Shown here: positions 34,217 to 44,459 of the stretch, one piece after another
Layout: each line of letters opens with the position of its first letter
How positions within the stretch are numbered: position 1 is the first letter of the stretch
NCBI GenBank assembly: GCA_039630415.1
Contig: JBCNVB010000018.1
Coordinates: 35,233 to 99,232 of the forward strand
Direction: 5' to 3'
Source of the DNA: a bacterium
GTDB lineage: Bacteria; DRYD01
Length of the DNA: 64,000 bases
Made by a program: the position numbers and the translations under genes
The notes under the pieces: generated by a model
Databases searched by the model: none
Told to the model about the DNA's origin: nothing
Seen by the model: only the letters and a program-made list of their open reading frames with translations

Positions 34217-35584
34217 CTATCCTTCTCTATTGTACTTATCACTTATTCTAACTATGTCTTTTTCTGATAGGATTTCACCTAATTGAATTTCTAGAATTTC
34301 CATACTCTCATCTGAATCATTTATAGCTTTATGAATAGTTCCTTTGGGAATGTATATGAAATCTCCTCTCTTTATTGTTCTTTGTTGATTATTTATGATT
34401 ATTCTTCCATATCCCTTGATAACGACCCAGTATTCATCCCTATGTTGATGATACTGAAGAGAAATTTCTTGATGAGGATAGATTGTTATATTTTTTATTC
34501 TGTAGTTTTGTTCATTATTTTCTATTTCCCTATAGAATCCCCAAGGTCTAAAATCAAACGTATTAAAATCTTTTTGTTCTTGTGAAATTTGATCAAGTAA
34601 GTAAGATATGTTTTTTGATTTTCCCTTTTTGGATATCAACTGAAAATCTTTAGTATCTACAATTACGACGTCCTTTACATTTATTAAGCAATACTTTTTA
34701 GGTGATTTCACTTCAAATTCATCCAAAATTATGTTAGCTTTAGAGTTTACTGCTATAAGTTTCTCTATATCATGATTGGATATTTTTGTTATTTCTTCAA
34801 AACTGCCTAGATCTGACCAACCAAAAGTAGATTTCAATACATACAGATTTTTTGTTTTTTGGCTGTATAGATAGTCTATAGATATCGATGGAAAATAATT
34901 AGACTTATCAATCAATGATTTCAAATTATTGAATTCCTTTAGGTGTGAATTAACCAAGAAAAAATCTTCCAAAAAGAAAGAAGATTTAAAAGCATATATT
35001 CCTGAGTTCCACAAGTAACTGCCAGTTTTCAGATAGTACCTGGCTTTTGATTTATTAGGTTTTTCCACAAATTTGTGAACTTGGAATAGATCTTCATCTA
35101 CCATTTCGCCTTTCTTTATGTAACCGTACTCGGTAGATGGAAAGCTAGGTTTAACACCAATTATGAAAGTTTTATCGAATTTTTGCATAAAACTAACTAA
35201 TTTGGCTATTGAATTATCGAACTCCTGGTGATTTAAAATATAATGGTCACTTGGGAAAAATACAAAGGAACTTTCTTTTACACCAAACTTTTCAAACGAT
35301 TGATATATCCCAAGTAGTATAGCATAGGCAGTATTCTTAGGTTCTTCCTCCAAAATTATATCCTGCCCTATATCCGGAATGTCTCGTAGTACCAAATATA
35401 GATGTCTTTTATTTGCAACCACAAGTATTTTGTCAAATATACCTAATGTTTTTATCCTTTGGTAAGTTAACTCAAGTAGACTTTTACCATCAAATATTTT
35501 TACAAATTGTTTTGGATAATTAGTTCGAGATAAAGGAAATAATCTTTTGCCAAAACCTCCACAAAGTATAACCGCTATTTTCAT
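34217..35584 (-). CDS. manC: Mannose-1-phosphate guanylyltransferase / mannose-6-phosphate isomerase
   Basis: GG.GKRLFPLSR..YPKQF, PSDH, FVEKP, WNSG, cupin RPWG...SLQYHQHR.EYW. Confidence 0.9.
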   Translation of the reverse strand: MKIAVILCGGFGKRLFPLSRTNYPKQFVKIFDGKSLLELTYQRIKTLGIFDKILVVANKRHLYLVLRDIPDIGQDIILEEEPKNTAYAILLGIYQSFEKFGVKESSFVFFPSDHYILNHQEFDNSIAKLVSFMQKFDKTFIIGVKPSFPSTEYGYIKKGEMVDEDLFQVHKFVEKPNKSKARYYLKTGSYLWNSGIYAFKSSFFLEDFFLVNSHLKEFNNLKSLIDKSNYFPSISIDYLYSQKTKNLYVLKSTFGWSDLGSFEEITKISNHDIEKLIAVNSKANIILDEFEVKSPKKYCLINVKDVVIVDTKDFQLISKKGKSKNISYLLDQISQEQKDFNTFDFRPWGFYREIENNEQNYRIKNITIYPHQEISLQYHQHRDEYWVVIKGYGRIIINNQQRTIKRGDFIYIPKGTIHKAINDSDESMEILEIQLGEILSEKDIVRISDKYNREG

Positions 35585-35603
35585 ACAAACCTACTCATTT
35601 ACT

Positions 35604-36014
35604 TTAAACATCTAGTACTATCCTTCCATAATACCTATCCAAATCTATTTCCATGTTGTGATATGTTGGAGCTTTTAAGTATGAAACAAATTTTTGAATC
35701 TCAATTACCTTAGCTTTGAAAATAGCCTTTCCTTGATGAATTTGTAAATCTTCTACTAATCTTATAACTTTCCTTTTTACTTCAACAAAATATATAAACC
35801 TGCTTATGAAGTTATACACCAATTCATCGTAGCTTTGATATTTGATCGTGAAAGTTTGTTTTCTCATTTTCTCTACATTTTTTAGAAATTTCTCGTTTTT
35901 TGATGTAAATAAGCTCCATAACGCTTCCAACAAATCATTAAAAAACTCGTGGATTGAATTACTTTGAATAACTACCATTACATCAGCTGTATGATCTTGG
36001 AATGTGTATGGCAT
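35604..36014 (-). CDS. Archease
   Basis: N-terminal DHTAD, C-terminal KAPTYH...LDV. Confidence 0.85.
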   Translation of the reverse strand: MPYTFQDHTADVMVVIQSNSIHEFFNDLLEALWSLFTSKNEKFLKNVEKMRKQTFTIKYQSYDELVYNFISRFIYFVEVKRKVIRLVEDLQIHQGKAIFKAKVIEIQKFVSYLKAPTYHNMEIDLDRYYGRIVLDV

Positions 36015-37513
36015 TATTTTTTAGCTAGGTTACTATTTTTGTAGCCGTATAGGAAGTATATTGATAGACCTATAGCTGTCCATATTAGTAGTCTTATCCA
36101 TGTGTCTGGTGGTAAAAATACCATTTGAAGGAAACAAGCCAAGGCACCTAAAGGAGCAAGGACATATACTAAAGGCATTTTGAAAGGCCTATTTATGTCA
36201 GGTCTTTTTATTCTAAGAATTAGTACAGCTATACATACTATGCTAAATGCGAGAAGAGTTCCGATAGAAACAAGCTCTCCTAGAACACTTATGGGGAATA
36301 TTGCAGCTATTCCCATCGCTACAAGAGTAACTACTATGGTAGATACGTGTGGTGTTTTGAATTTGGGATGAACTTTTGAGAAGGCTGGTGGTATAAGTCC
36401 ATCTCTAGCCATAGCAAAAAAAATTCTGGTTTGACCTAGGAGAGTCATTAAAATAACTGATGTTAGTCCAGCAATAGCTCCTAGTTTAACAACCAATATC
36501 AACCATTCAAACCCCGCTCCCATAGCATTTACAGCTACAGCTATGGGTGCAGGAACTTGTAACTGACTATAATGCACCACACCTGTTAAAACTAAAGCCA
36601 CAGAAATATACAAAATGGTAGATATAAACAAAGACCCCAGTATTCCTACAGGTATATCTCTTTGTGGGTTTTTAGCTTCTTGCGCGGCAGTAGAGACCGC
36701 ATCAAAACCTATGTAAGCAAAAAATACCACACCAGCTGCCCTCAAAATTCCAGCCCATCCATACTCGCCAAAATCATCACCAGCAGGAGGTATAAAAGGA
36801 TCCCAATTGCTAAAATCAACTTTACCAAATCCAATTATCACAAATAAAATCAATACAGTCACTTTAATTATGACAATTATATTATTAACCAAAGCAGATT
36901 CGCTTATTCCTATTAGTAGGATTACACCTACGATAAACACAATCATAACTGCAGGTAGGTTTATATAGCTTCCAGTAAGATGGAGTCCCAAGTATTTTTC
37001 AATAAAGCTCAGTTCTTTTCCAGCTTCTATTATTTTTCTTTTTTCATCCGGTGAAAGGACATCAACAGGAGCATTAGTAAATTCAGGTGGTATATGTATA
37101 TTAAATTGTTTTAGTAAATCTATGACGTATCCAGACCATCCAACTGCCACAGTAGAGCCTGCGATAAGGTATTCTAGTACTAGGTTCCAGGCAATAAACC
37201 AAGCCCAGAATTCCCCTAAGGTAGCATAGGCATAAGTGTAGGCACTTCCAGCTATGGGAACCATAGCTGCAAATTCTGCATAAGCTAACCCAGCTAGAGC
37301 ACAGGCTATACCAGATATGATAAAAGAGATTGCCACTGCAGGACCCGCGTAGGAAGCTGCCGCATGACCAGTTATAACAAATATACCAGCTCCTATAATT
37401 GCACCCAAGCCTAGCGATATTAATGCTAATGGACCCAGTGCTCTTTTTAACTGAGGACCTTGCTCCAGATCACTTAAAAATTCTTCAACACTCTTTTTCC
37501 TTAGTAAATTCAT
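36014..37513 (-). CDS. APC-family amino acid permease (cationic amino acid transporter type)
   Basis: GAIIGAGIF, YAEFA..VP.AGSAY, FFAYIGFD, RDGL.P. Confidence 0.92.
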   Translation of the reverse strand: MNLLRKKSVEEFLSDLEQGPQLKRALGPLALISLGLGAIIGAGIFVITGHAAASYAGPAVAISFIISGIACALAGLAYAEFAAMVPIAGSAYTYAYATLGEFWAWFIAWNLVLEYLIAGSTVAVGWSGYVIDLLKQFNIHIPPEFTNAPVDVLSPDEKRKIIEAGKELSFIEKYLGLHLTGSYINLPAVMIVFIVGVILLIGISESALVNNIIVIIKVTVLILFVIIGFGKVDFSNWDPFIPPAGDDFGEYGWAGILRAAGVVFFAYIGFDAVSTAAQEAKNPQRDIPVGILGSLFISTILYISVALVLTGVVHYSQLQVPAPIAVAVNAMGAGFEWLILVVKLGAIAGLTSVILMTLLGQTRIFFAMARDGLIPPAFSKVHPKFKTPHVSTIVVTLVAMGIAAIFPISVLGELVSIGTLLAFSIVCIAVLILRIKRPDINRPFKMPLVYVLAPLGALACFLQMVFLPPDTWIRLLIWTAIGLSIYFLYGYKNSNLAKK

Positions 37514-37806
37514 AGATAATACCCCCTGTCATACTCAAACATAAATTCCGGAACTCTTTTTAATGATAATCTCCTAAAAAGATCCTTTCTTATTTTTCTC
37601 GAATTTCTATTCAAAAATTCTTCCACCTCAAATCCTTGCTTAAAATTTTCAGATACACTAACAAACATAAACTTGACTTTTTTTAGATCAGGAGAAATAA
37701 GAACTCTGGTTATCTGAACATCACTTAAATTTAAATCGCTATGAAGGTAGACTCCTACTTCCTTATGTAGTAAGCTTCTTATTTTTTCTATCCTTTCATT
37801 TTTCAT
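37510..37806 (-). CDS. rbfA: Ribosome-binding factor A
   Basis: ITRV.ISPDLK, LSLKRVPE..FEYD. Confidence 0.85.
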   Translation of the reverse strand: MKNERIEKIRSLLHKEVGVYLHSDLNLSDVQITRVLISPDLKKVKFMFVSVSENFKQGFEVEEFLNRNSRKIRKDLFRRLSLKRVPEFMFEYDRGYYL

Positions 37807-38168
37807 TGTGATTTTATAGATTGAATTATCTCTTTTAAGTATTCAGCATTTTTACCAACAAATTTGATAACAAAATAGTTTGGTTTGAATAAAATTATTA
37901 AAACTTTGTTATTATCTTGATAATCATCAGCAATAATAGAAAAGTCATTTGTATTCAGGATAAGAGTTATAAGGTCAGATTTTGTTCTTGTTGCTTCATA
38001 ACTTTTAAGAGTTTTTATCACAGCAGAACAAATTTGATTTACCTCTTCTACAGCCTTATCAGCTTTAAAATAGTACTCTATAAAAATTTCTTTTTCTCTG
38101 TCTGCTATTATTAGTCCCATTATGTCATCAGAATTGTTTACGAACTTTTTAATGGTTTCTGGGTTCAT
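37803..38168 (-). CDS. Hypothetical protein, roadblock/LC7 (MglB)-like pattern
   Basis: 121 aa; IMGLIIADRE followed by helix, three strands and a helix. Confidence 0.55.
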   Translation of the reverse strand: MNPETIKKFVNNSDDIMGLIIADREKEIFIEYYFKADKAVEEVNQICSAVIKTLKSYEATRTKSDLITLILNTNDFSIIADDYQDNNKVLIILFKPNYFVIKFVGKNAEYLKEIIQSIKSQ

Positions 38169-38228
38169 GTATATTTTCCCTCCTGTACCAAAGCAAATTT
38201 ACCTAACTAAGCTTATTCTTCAAAAGTA

Positions 38229-38507
38229 TCATTTATCCTTCTTTGTTGGTTTAATGAAATGTTTGGAAAAAAATAGTATAGTTCCACTTATTGATAGTCC
38301 TATGAGGGCTATACCAACAACAATGACCCAATATTTTAAGATACCCCATTCCCAAGTATGTAAAGTAAAGAAAAACTCCTTGATATCTTTGGGTATCTGA
38401 TTTCTAAAAACTAGTATTATGCCACTAATAGCACTTGTAATAAAAAAAATAGCAAATGTTATACCTGTATAGGCATGAATTTTTCTGATCCAACTTAATA
38501 ATTTCAT
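38229..38507 (-). CDS. Small PepSY-associated TM-helix protein
   Basis: RKIHAYTG...AISG and FFTLHTWE...SISG. Confidence 0.75.
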   Translation of the reverse strand: MKLLSWIRKIHAYTGITFAIFFITSAISGIILVFRNQIPKDIKEFFFTLHTWEWGILKYWVIVVGIALIGLSISGTILFFSKHFIKPTKKDK

Positions 38508-38541
38508 TTGATATAATTCTTCTTACTTTTATTTTTCCCTA

Positions 38542-39558
38542 TTAAGTATAGATCCAATACAAGAGGGATAAAAAATTTAGTAAAGAATGGCAGAAGACAG
38601 TTGGAACTATACTTGCATATCGTATATAAACAATTCCTAAAAATACGCCAATTGCTCCAATAAGTAAACTCACATATATATCCTGGAAATGAACAATTGA
38701 AAAAATAAATGAACTAATCAGAATAGAAAAAACTTTACTCATGAAATTGCTAAGCATATCTATTAAGTGTTTTCTAAAGATTATCTCCTCAATAAGTGGA
38801 ACGACAATAACAAGGGTTACTAGGTACAAAACCATTTCATAAAATGTTGAATATCTTACGTATACGACGATAAAACTATTGTCATAGTTTTTGGAAATTC
38901 CCATAGAAACTGCCAACGATAATACAAATATAAAAGCACAGGATAAAATTAAGCCCAGTATTGTTTTGGTATTTGAATTAAGAAAACGTAAAAATGATAC
39001 AAAAAACATATAAAAATCAAACTTTTTTGTAGCATGAAGCAAGAAAAATACAGTCATAGGTGCTAAAATCAAAGCAGTTCCGAATATAATAGACTTCCCA
39101 ACGGATACGTTAAAACCAATCATTTCTTGTTCTATAAATGTCAGATAAATTTTCAGACCAATAAACTGAAAACAAACCTGTAAAAAGTAGTATATAAAGA
39201 AAATAGCATAAAAATTATCACTTCGATAATTTAGATTACTTGAATTACTAAGTTTAGGTCTGAATATATACTTGCCTGAATATGTTAAAAACACGAAAAT
39301 ACATCCTAGTGTTATAATAAACAAGAAGAAGAGCCTCTTATCGTTAGAATTATCAAATTTAATACTCTGGTAGTAGTCAACCAATAATTTTGGATTGTAT
39401 AATATTTCTTGTAATTCAAAACTTTCGTATTGGTAATCAGATTGATACAGGTTAAGTACATATAATACCAGCAATATACCAATAAAAAGTGCTAGGACTA
39501 TACGTTGCTTATAATTACTTAAGATATTTTTCAGTATGCGAAAAAACATAGTTAGCAA
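38542..39558 (-). CDS. CPBP (CAAX protease/Abi) family intramembrane metalloprotease
   Basis: PLIEEIIFR, FSIVH, CHSLLN. Confidence 0.85.
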   Translation of the reverse strand: MLTMFFRILKNILSNYKQRIVLALFIGILLVLYVLNLYQSDYQYESFELQEILYNPKLLVDYYQSIKFDNSNDKRLFFLFIITLGCIFVFLTYSGKYIFRPKLSNSSNLNYRSDNFYAIFFIYYFLQVCFQFIGLKIYLTFIEQEMIGFNVSVGKSIIFGTALILAPMTVFFLLHATKKFDFYMFFVSFLRFLNSNTKTILGLILSCAFIFVLSLAVSMGISKNYDNSFIVVYVRYSTFYEMVLYLVTLVIVVPLIEEIIFRKHLIDMLSNFMSKVFSILISSFIFSIVHFQDIYVSLLIGAIGVFLGIVYIRYASIVPTVFCHSLLNFLSLLYWIYT

Positions 39559-40606
39559 ATTCTACGGGATCAGTATATTGATACTCAAACATTCCAAGTT
39601 CATTAAAAATATCTAACTTAATTATATCCACATTTTTCGATAGTGGTTTCCATCTTTTAACGTCAAAATCAAAATATCTGTTTGCAAATATAGCTATTAA
39701 ATTAACATTAAAAGCAGAAGCTATATGCATTATTCCACTATCAAAACATATTAAGCATCTACAATCCTTTATCATATTCATCATTTCCATAAATTCAGGA
39801 TGTATAGCGTTATGAATTTTTCTGGGACTAATAAATGCAACTTTTAAGCTGGTATAACTTTTTTTGGAAAGCTCTTGTATTTTCTGAATCAGGTAACTTA
39901 CAAACCTAGTTAGCCAAACTTTACCTTCTTCGTTATAGAAAAACATTTCTTTATCAAAAATTAATACATCGTACTTTTCAAAAGATACATTAGGTACAAC
40001 TAGGTTTGTCAAACCAGTAAAGTTTTGTACCAAAAACTCTAAATCTTCTTTAAATAGAGCAGAATTTTGATAACTAATATCTAAATCCAATTTAACTACC
40101 TCTATATTTTGAAATACTTCATGCCTTACCTTTGATAAATCATCAATTTGGGATTTATCAACTTCGTCAATATAGTAAGTATAATTGTGAGAGAAAAAAA
40201 AGCGATTTATTCTAGTTTGGTAGAAGTATGTATATTTTTTAGATGCTTTAAGTTTAGATCCAAGCAAATAGCTTACAGTAGTTGGACTAAATACAAAAAC
40301 TTTTTCAAACCCAGTACTATCTCTAAAAAACAGAATTTTCAGGTAATTAAGTACATCATTCAAAAAGTTATGCCCTTTCAAATTCCTATAAAACAAGTTT
40401 ACTGGAATAATTTGAATAGAATCAAAATAGGGGTGTATAATTTTAGAATCGTATACGAACAAACGGGAATTATGGGGATTAAATATTCCAACTACTTGGT
40501 AATCCCTATAGTGATCTCTTATTATTTTTATAGCTGGAAGGGTTAAGATAGTATCCCCAATCCTATCTAATCTTACTACAGCTATTTTTGGTTTATTCTG
40601 TTGCAT
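39515..40606 (-). CDS. Glycosyltransferase family 9 (heptosyltransferase-like)
   Basis: RLDRIGD.ILTLP, DSGIMHIASA, RWKP. Confidence 0.82.
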   Translation of the reverse strand: MQQNKPKIAVVRLDRIGDTILTLPAIKIIRDHYRDYQVVGIFNPHNSRLFVYDSKIIHPYFDSIQIIPVNLFYRNLKGHNFLNDVLNYLKILFFRDSTGFEKVFVFSPTTVSYLLGSKLKASKKYTYFYQTRINRFFFSHNYTYYIDEVDKSQIDDLSKVRHEVFQNIEVVKLDLDISYQNSALFKEDLEFLVQNFTGLTNLVVPNVSFEKYDVLIFDKEMFFYNEEGKVWLTRFVSYLIQKIQELSKKSYTSLKVAFISPRKIHNAIHPEFMEMMNMIKDCRCLICFDSGIMHIASAFNVNLIAIFANRYFDFDVKRWKPLSKNVDIIKLDIFNELGMFEYQYTDPVEFANYVFSHTEKYLK

Positions 40607-42348
40607 TTTAACTCTTCTTTTATTTGTTGTAAAGTTTTAGTATTAAGTACATTATGTTTTTTACACATTGCTTTTCTTGCCCACTTAACACCAAACTCCA
40701 TGTATTCCATCTGTAAAGTAGAATGAGCATCAGTATTTATTACAATATTAAGCTCTTTGTTAGTACATAGTCTATAGTTTATAATATGCTCATAGTCAAC
40801 ATCTAATCTATCTAAATGGCTGTTTATTTCGATATACTTCTGATGTTGATTAGCATAGTTAAAAATATTGAATATATCCTCTTGAGATAGTTTAATAGCT
40901 TCCCTTTGTCCCAATATTCTGGAAGTTAGGTGACAAAGAATATTACCCTTCGTAAGAGCGTTAATTATTCTTTGATAGTTTTGATCATTTCTAAGTTTAA
41001 AGTCTGAATGAATAGAAAGATTAATATAATCAAGTTTTGGTAAAATCTTTTCTAGTGACTTATTTTTCTCATAATCAAGATTTCCAAAGGTATCTATGTT
41101 TTCCTCAACTGCCCATAGTATATCAAGGTTTTGAACTTTTGAAAAGCTAGCATATGAATCGACTTTATCCTGCAGATAGTCTATATGGTCAGATATTCCT
41201 ATGTAAGAATATCCCATTTGCAGAGCTTTCATAGCCATTTCATGAACAGTATTTTTACCATCCGAAAAAACAGTATGCAAATGTAAATCTCCTTTAATAT
41301 CTTTAATACTTACCAAATCTGAAAAAGTATTAGTTTTTGCAATTTCAAAGATTAATGGATAATCCAACAATTCATCCGGTATAGGATTAACCCCTAAGTA
41401 TTCATAAAAATCATTCATAGTTTTCAGTTTAGTGAATATTGGATCAATAATAAAATCTTCTAAACTTTTCGATGTGTCTATTTTGTCTATATCCGTATAG
41501 CGAAGTAGAAAGTAGATTTCTAAAGGTAGATAGTATTCGCAGAAAATAAACAGAATAGGTACTTTCAAAACAGAAGTTTTTAATATCAGAATATTGGTAT
41601 TTCCAATTTTCTTAACTTCATGTGATAAGGCAAATTTTTCAAATTCCTTGAAATTATCTTTGAACCATTCAGCAGGGTTCTCCTGATTTGAAGGGATGAT
41701 TATACATATTTCCTCAATAATTTTATCAAATCTCCTAATAGGTCCCGTTTCAACATACTCTATACCCTTTTCATACAGATTTTTTTTTATAAGCTTGTAT
41801 ACTCCATAAATTTCATAAAAAAAAGAATAGCCATGATAATTGCAAAGCAAATCCTCTATTTTTTTTATCACTCTACTTTTAAAACCTTCATAGGAAAATT
41901 TCAAGCCAGTTTTTTTTAGTAACTTGAAGAGAGCTTTATAGAAATCCTCGTCATTTTGTATATACAATATATCTCTTAAAGTTAGTATTTGCTGAAATTG
42001 TTGATTTAGTTGATAACTAATTTGTTCTATAAAAACATCAAAGTTTTCTACGTAGTTAGATAGGTCATTTAGGATGTACCTTAGAAAAAGTAGTTTAAAC
42101 TTCTGTATACCCCCGAATTTTATTACTTCGCTTACCTTATTAGCTATATTTGCATCAAAGAATTTGTGATTTAAATCTAGTTTTTGTTTACCTTGAGTAA
42201 TATACTCGTATATATGATCCCTTAGGAAAGACAATCTTCTTTTGTAATATTTTATTTTAGATACGTTGCAGGGATCAGATAAGTAAGCTAAATATACGTA
42301 ATTTTCGAAAGCTTCTAGAATTTTGAGTGAGTCATATTCAATAAGCAT
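40582..42348 (-). CDS. PolX-PHP protein with an intact PHP domain and a degenerate polymerase domain
   Basis: KGDLHLHT..SDG, ISDH, EIN...RLD, NTDAH; PolX remnant GPIRR. Confidence 0.8.
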   Translation of the reverse strand: MLIEYDSLKILEAFENYVYLAYLSDPCNVSKIKYYKRRLSFLRDHIYEYITQGKQKLDLNHKFFDANIANKVSEVIKFGGIQKFKLLFLRYILNDLSNYVENFDVFIEQISYQLNQQFQQILTLRDILYIQNDEDFYKALFKLLKKTGLKFSYEGFKSRVIKKIEDLLCNYHGYSFFYEIYGVYKLIKKNLYEKGIEYVETGPIRRFDKIIEEICIIIPSNQENPAEWFKDNFKEFEKFALSHEVKKIGNTNILILKTSVLKVPILFIFCEYYLPLEIYFLLRYTDIDKIDTSKSLEDFIIDPIFTKLKTMNDFYEYLGVNPIPDELLDYPLIFEIAKTNTFSDLVSIKDIKGDLHLHTVFSDGKNTVHEMAMKALQMGYSYIGISDHIDYLQDKVDSYASFSKVQNLDILWAVEENIDTFGNLDYEKNKSLEKILPKLDYINLSIHSDFKLRNDQNYQRIINALTKGNILCHLTSRILGQREAIKLSQEDIFNIFNYANQHQKYIEINSHLDRLDVDYEHIINYRLCTNKELNIVINTDAHSTLQMEYMEFGVKWARKAMCKKHNVLNTKTLQQIKEELKCNRINQK

Positions 42349-43447
42349 TGTTTTCTATAACTATTTTATCCCTAAAATTAATCTTTTTGTTGTTAATTGG
42401 CTTATTTATGATGTTAACTATCAATCCGATAGCTATCCAATTGACAATTAGCGATGTTCCTCCATAGCTTATAAAGGGAAGAGTTACACCAGTAGCAGGT
42501 AACAAAGATAAGGTTACAGACATATTAATTACAGCGTTTATAAAAATCATGAAAGTTAACCCAAAAGCAAGTAATTTATAGAAAACATCATTTATTTTAG
42601 ATATTCTAAAAATCATCAGGGTAAAGAAGGTAAGGAAAATTAGTACTATGATTAAATTAGCTACCAAACCTAATTCCTCACCTATAACTGAGTATATAAA
42701 GTCGGTGTGTTTTTCAGGTAAGTAGTAATGTTTTTGTGTACTATTACCTAATCCTACTCCCCATATGTGTCCTCTACCATGAGCTATTAAACTTTGGATG
42801 ATATTATAACCATAGCCTAAGGGGTCAGCCCAGGGGTTCATAAAAGCTAGTATTCTTTTGACTCTATAGCTTTCAGAAAATAGGAGAAATAGAAAACCAA
42901 TTATAGAGAACACGACCAAGGGAAGAAAATGCCACAAAGGAGTACCCCCAATGAACATTATTGATAAAAATATTAGTCCAATAATTGCAGCATTCCCTAA
43001 ATCTGGTTCTAAGTTAATTAAAAAAACGAATACCAGCATTAAAATAAATGGTGGGACAAATCCCTTTTTAAAATTCTCTATTATGTTCATACGAGCTGAA
43101 ATAAAGTAAGAAGTATACAAAACTATAGCTATTTTAGCTAGTTCAGAAGGTTGAAAATTTACTATCCCCAAATTTATCCATGCTTTAGAACCGTTAACCT
43201 CTATTCCTAAAGGAGTCAAAACCAATACTAACAGGATAATATTTCCTATCACAATCGGAATTAAATATTGTTTTAGTTTTTCTAAATCAATTCTAGAAGC
43301 TACAAAAAAACAAATTAAACCAATAACCAGAGCTACAATTTGTTTAGTTACCAAATGTATACTAAAAGATGCAGAGTATATACATATAATCCCAAACAAT
43401 GACAATGCTAAAAATATAGAAAATATTAACTTACTTAGGTTATTCAA
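42338..43447 (-). CDS. ftsW: SEDS peptidoglycan polymerase FtsW/RodA
   Basis: FQPSE.AK, EPDLG, YLPEKHTDF, G.TLPFISYGG. Confidence 0.88.
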   Translation of the reverse strand: MNNLSKLIFSIFLALSLFGIICIYSASFSIHLVTKQIVALVIGLICFFVASRIDLEKLKQYLIPIVIGNIILLVLVLTPLGIEVNGSKAWINLGIVNFQPSELAKIAIVLYTSYFISARMNIIENFKKGFVPPFILMLVFVFLINLEPDLGNAAIIGLIFLSIMFIGGTPLWHFLPLVVFSIIGFLFLLFSESYRVKRILAFMNPWADPLGYGYNIIQSLIAHGRGHIWGVGLGNSTQKHYYLPEKHTDFIYSVIGEELGLVANLIIVLIFLTFFTLMIFRISKINDVFYKLLAFGLTFMIFINAVINMSVTLSLLPATGVTLPFISYGGTSLIVNWIAIGLIVNIINKPINNKKINFRDKIVIENNAY

Positions 43448-43449
43448 GT

Positions 43450-44436
43450 TTAATCAAAAAGCTCACTTATTGATTTTTTGAAGTAAATTCTTTTAATTAC
43501 TTCGGATATTAGATCTGCAATTGAACAGACTATTATTTTGCTATTAGTATGTTTTAGGGGTATAGTATCTGTTACGAATATTTTTTCGATACATGATTTT
43601 TCTATTAACTGTATAGCATTTGAGCAGAAAACGGGGTGTACCGCTAGGACGTATATTTTTTTAGCTCCCATATTTGCAAGCTTTTCAGCTGCATTAACTA
43701 TAGTTTTACCTGTTGATATCATATCGTCAACAATGATTACCTCTTTTCCTTGTATATCACCTACTACCTCTAAACATTCTACTTCTTCTACATCAGGTCT
43801 TCTTTTGAACATAACAGCTATAGGTAATCCCATTTTTTCAGAGTACATTCTTGCTCTTACCACACTTCCAGCATCTGGTGCTACTATAATGTGATTATTC
43901 TTGTCTAACTTACCTACATAATTTACAAATTGAGAAGCTAAGGAACTGTAAGCAAATAGATTATCGAGAGGAATATCAAAAAATCCTTGAATAGCTGGAG
44001 AATGAAGATCAACAGTAACAACTCTATTAGCTCCAGCAACAGTTATTAAGTTAGCAACCAACTTTGCAGTTATTGGTTCTCTTCCTGAAACCTTTTTCTC
44101 TTGCTTTGCATACCCAAAGTATGGTATAATAGCAGTTATACTATTTGCAGATGCTCTTCTTACAGCATCTATTATTATCAATAATTCCATTAGATTATCA
44201 TTAACAGGAGGACAAGTTGACTGAATAATAAAAACATCTTTTCCTCTAACGTTCTCTAAAATCTTAACTCTTATCTCACCATCAGAAAACCTGGAAATAA
44301 TACTATTCGCTAATGGTATACCTATCTTTTCCGATACCTTTACTGATAGTTCTGTATTTGAATTACCTCCTATGAGTATTAGTTTATCATAGAGTTCTTT
44401 TTGTGCTTTTTCTTCTTGAGTTCTTGGACTTATCAT
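43450..44436 (-). CDS. prs: Ribose-phosphate pyrophosphokinase
   Basis: FSDGE, PYFGYA, DLH...IQGFF, VDDMISTGKT. Confidence 0.95.
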   Translation of the reverse strand: MISPRTQEEKAQKELYDKLILIGGNSNTELSVKVSEKIGIPLANSIISRFSDGEIRVKILENVRGKDVFIIQSTCPPVNDNLMELLIIIDAVRRASANSITAIIPYFGYAKQEKKVSGREPITAKLVANLITVAGANRVVTVDLHSPAIQGFFDIPLDNLFAYSSLASQFVNYVGKLDKNNHIIVAPDAGSVVRARMYSEKMGLPIAVMFKRRPDVEEVECLEVVGDIQGKEVIIVDDMISTGKTIVNAAEKLANMGAKKIYVLAVHPVFCSNAIQLIEKSCIEKIFVTDTIPLKHTNSKIIVCSIADLISEVIKRIYFKKSISELFD

Positions 44437-44459
44437 ACAATTCCCCCCAATAATTTTCT

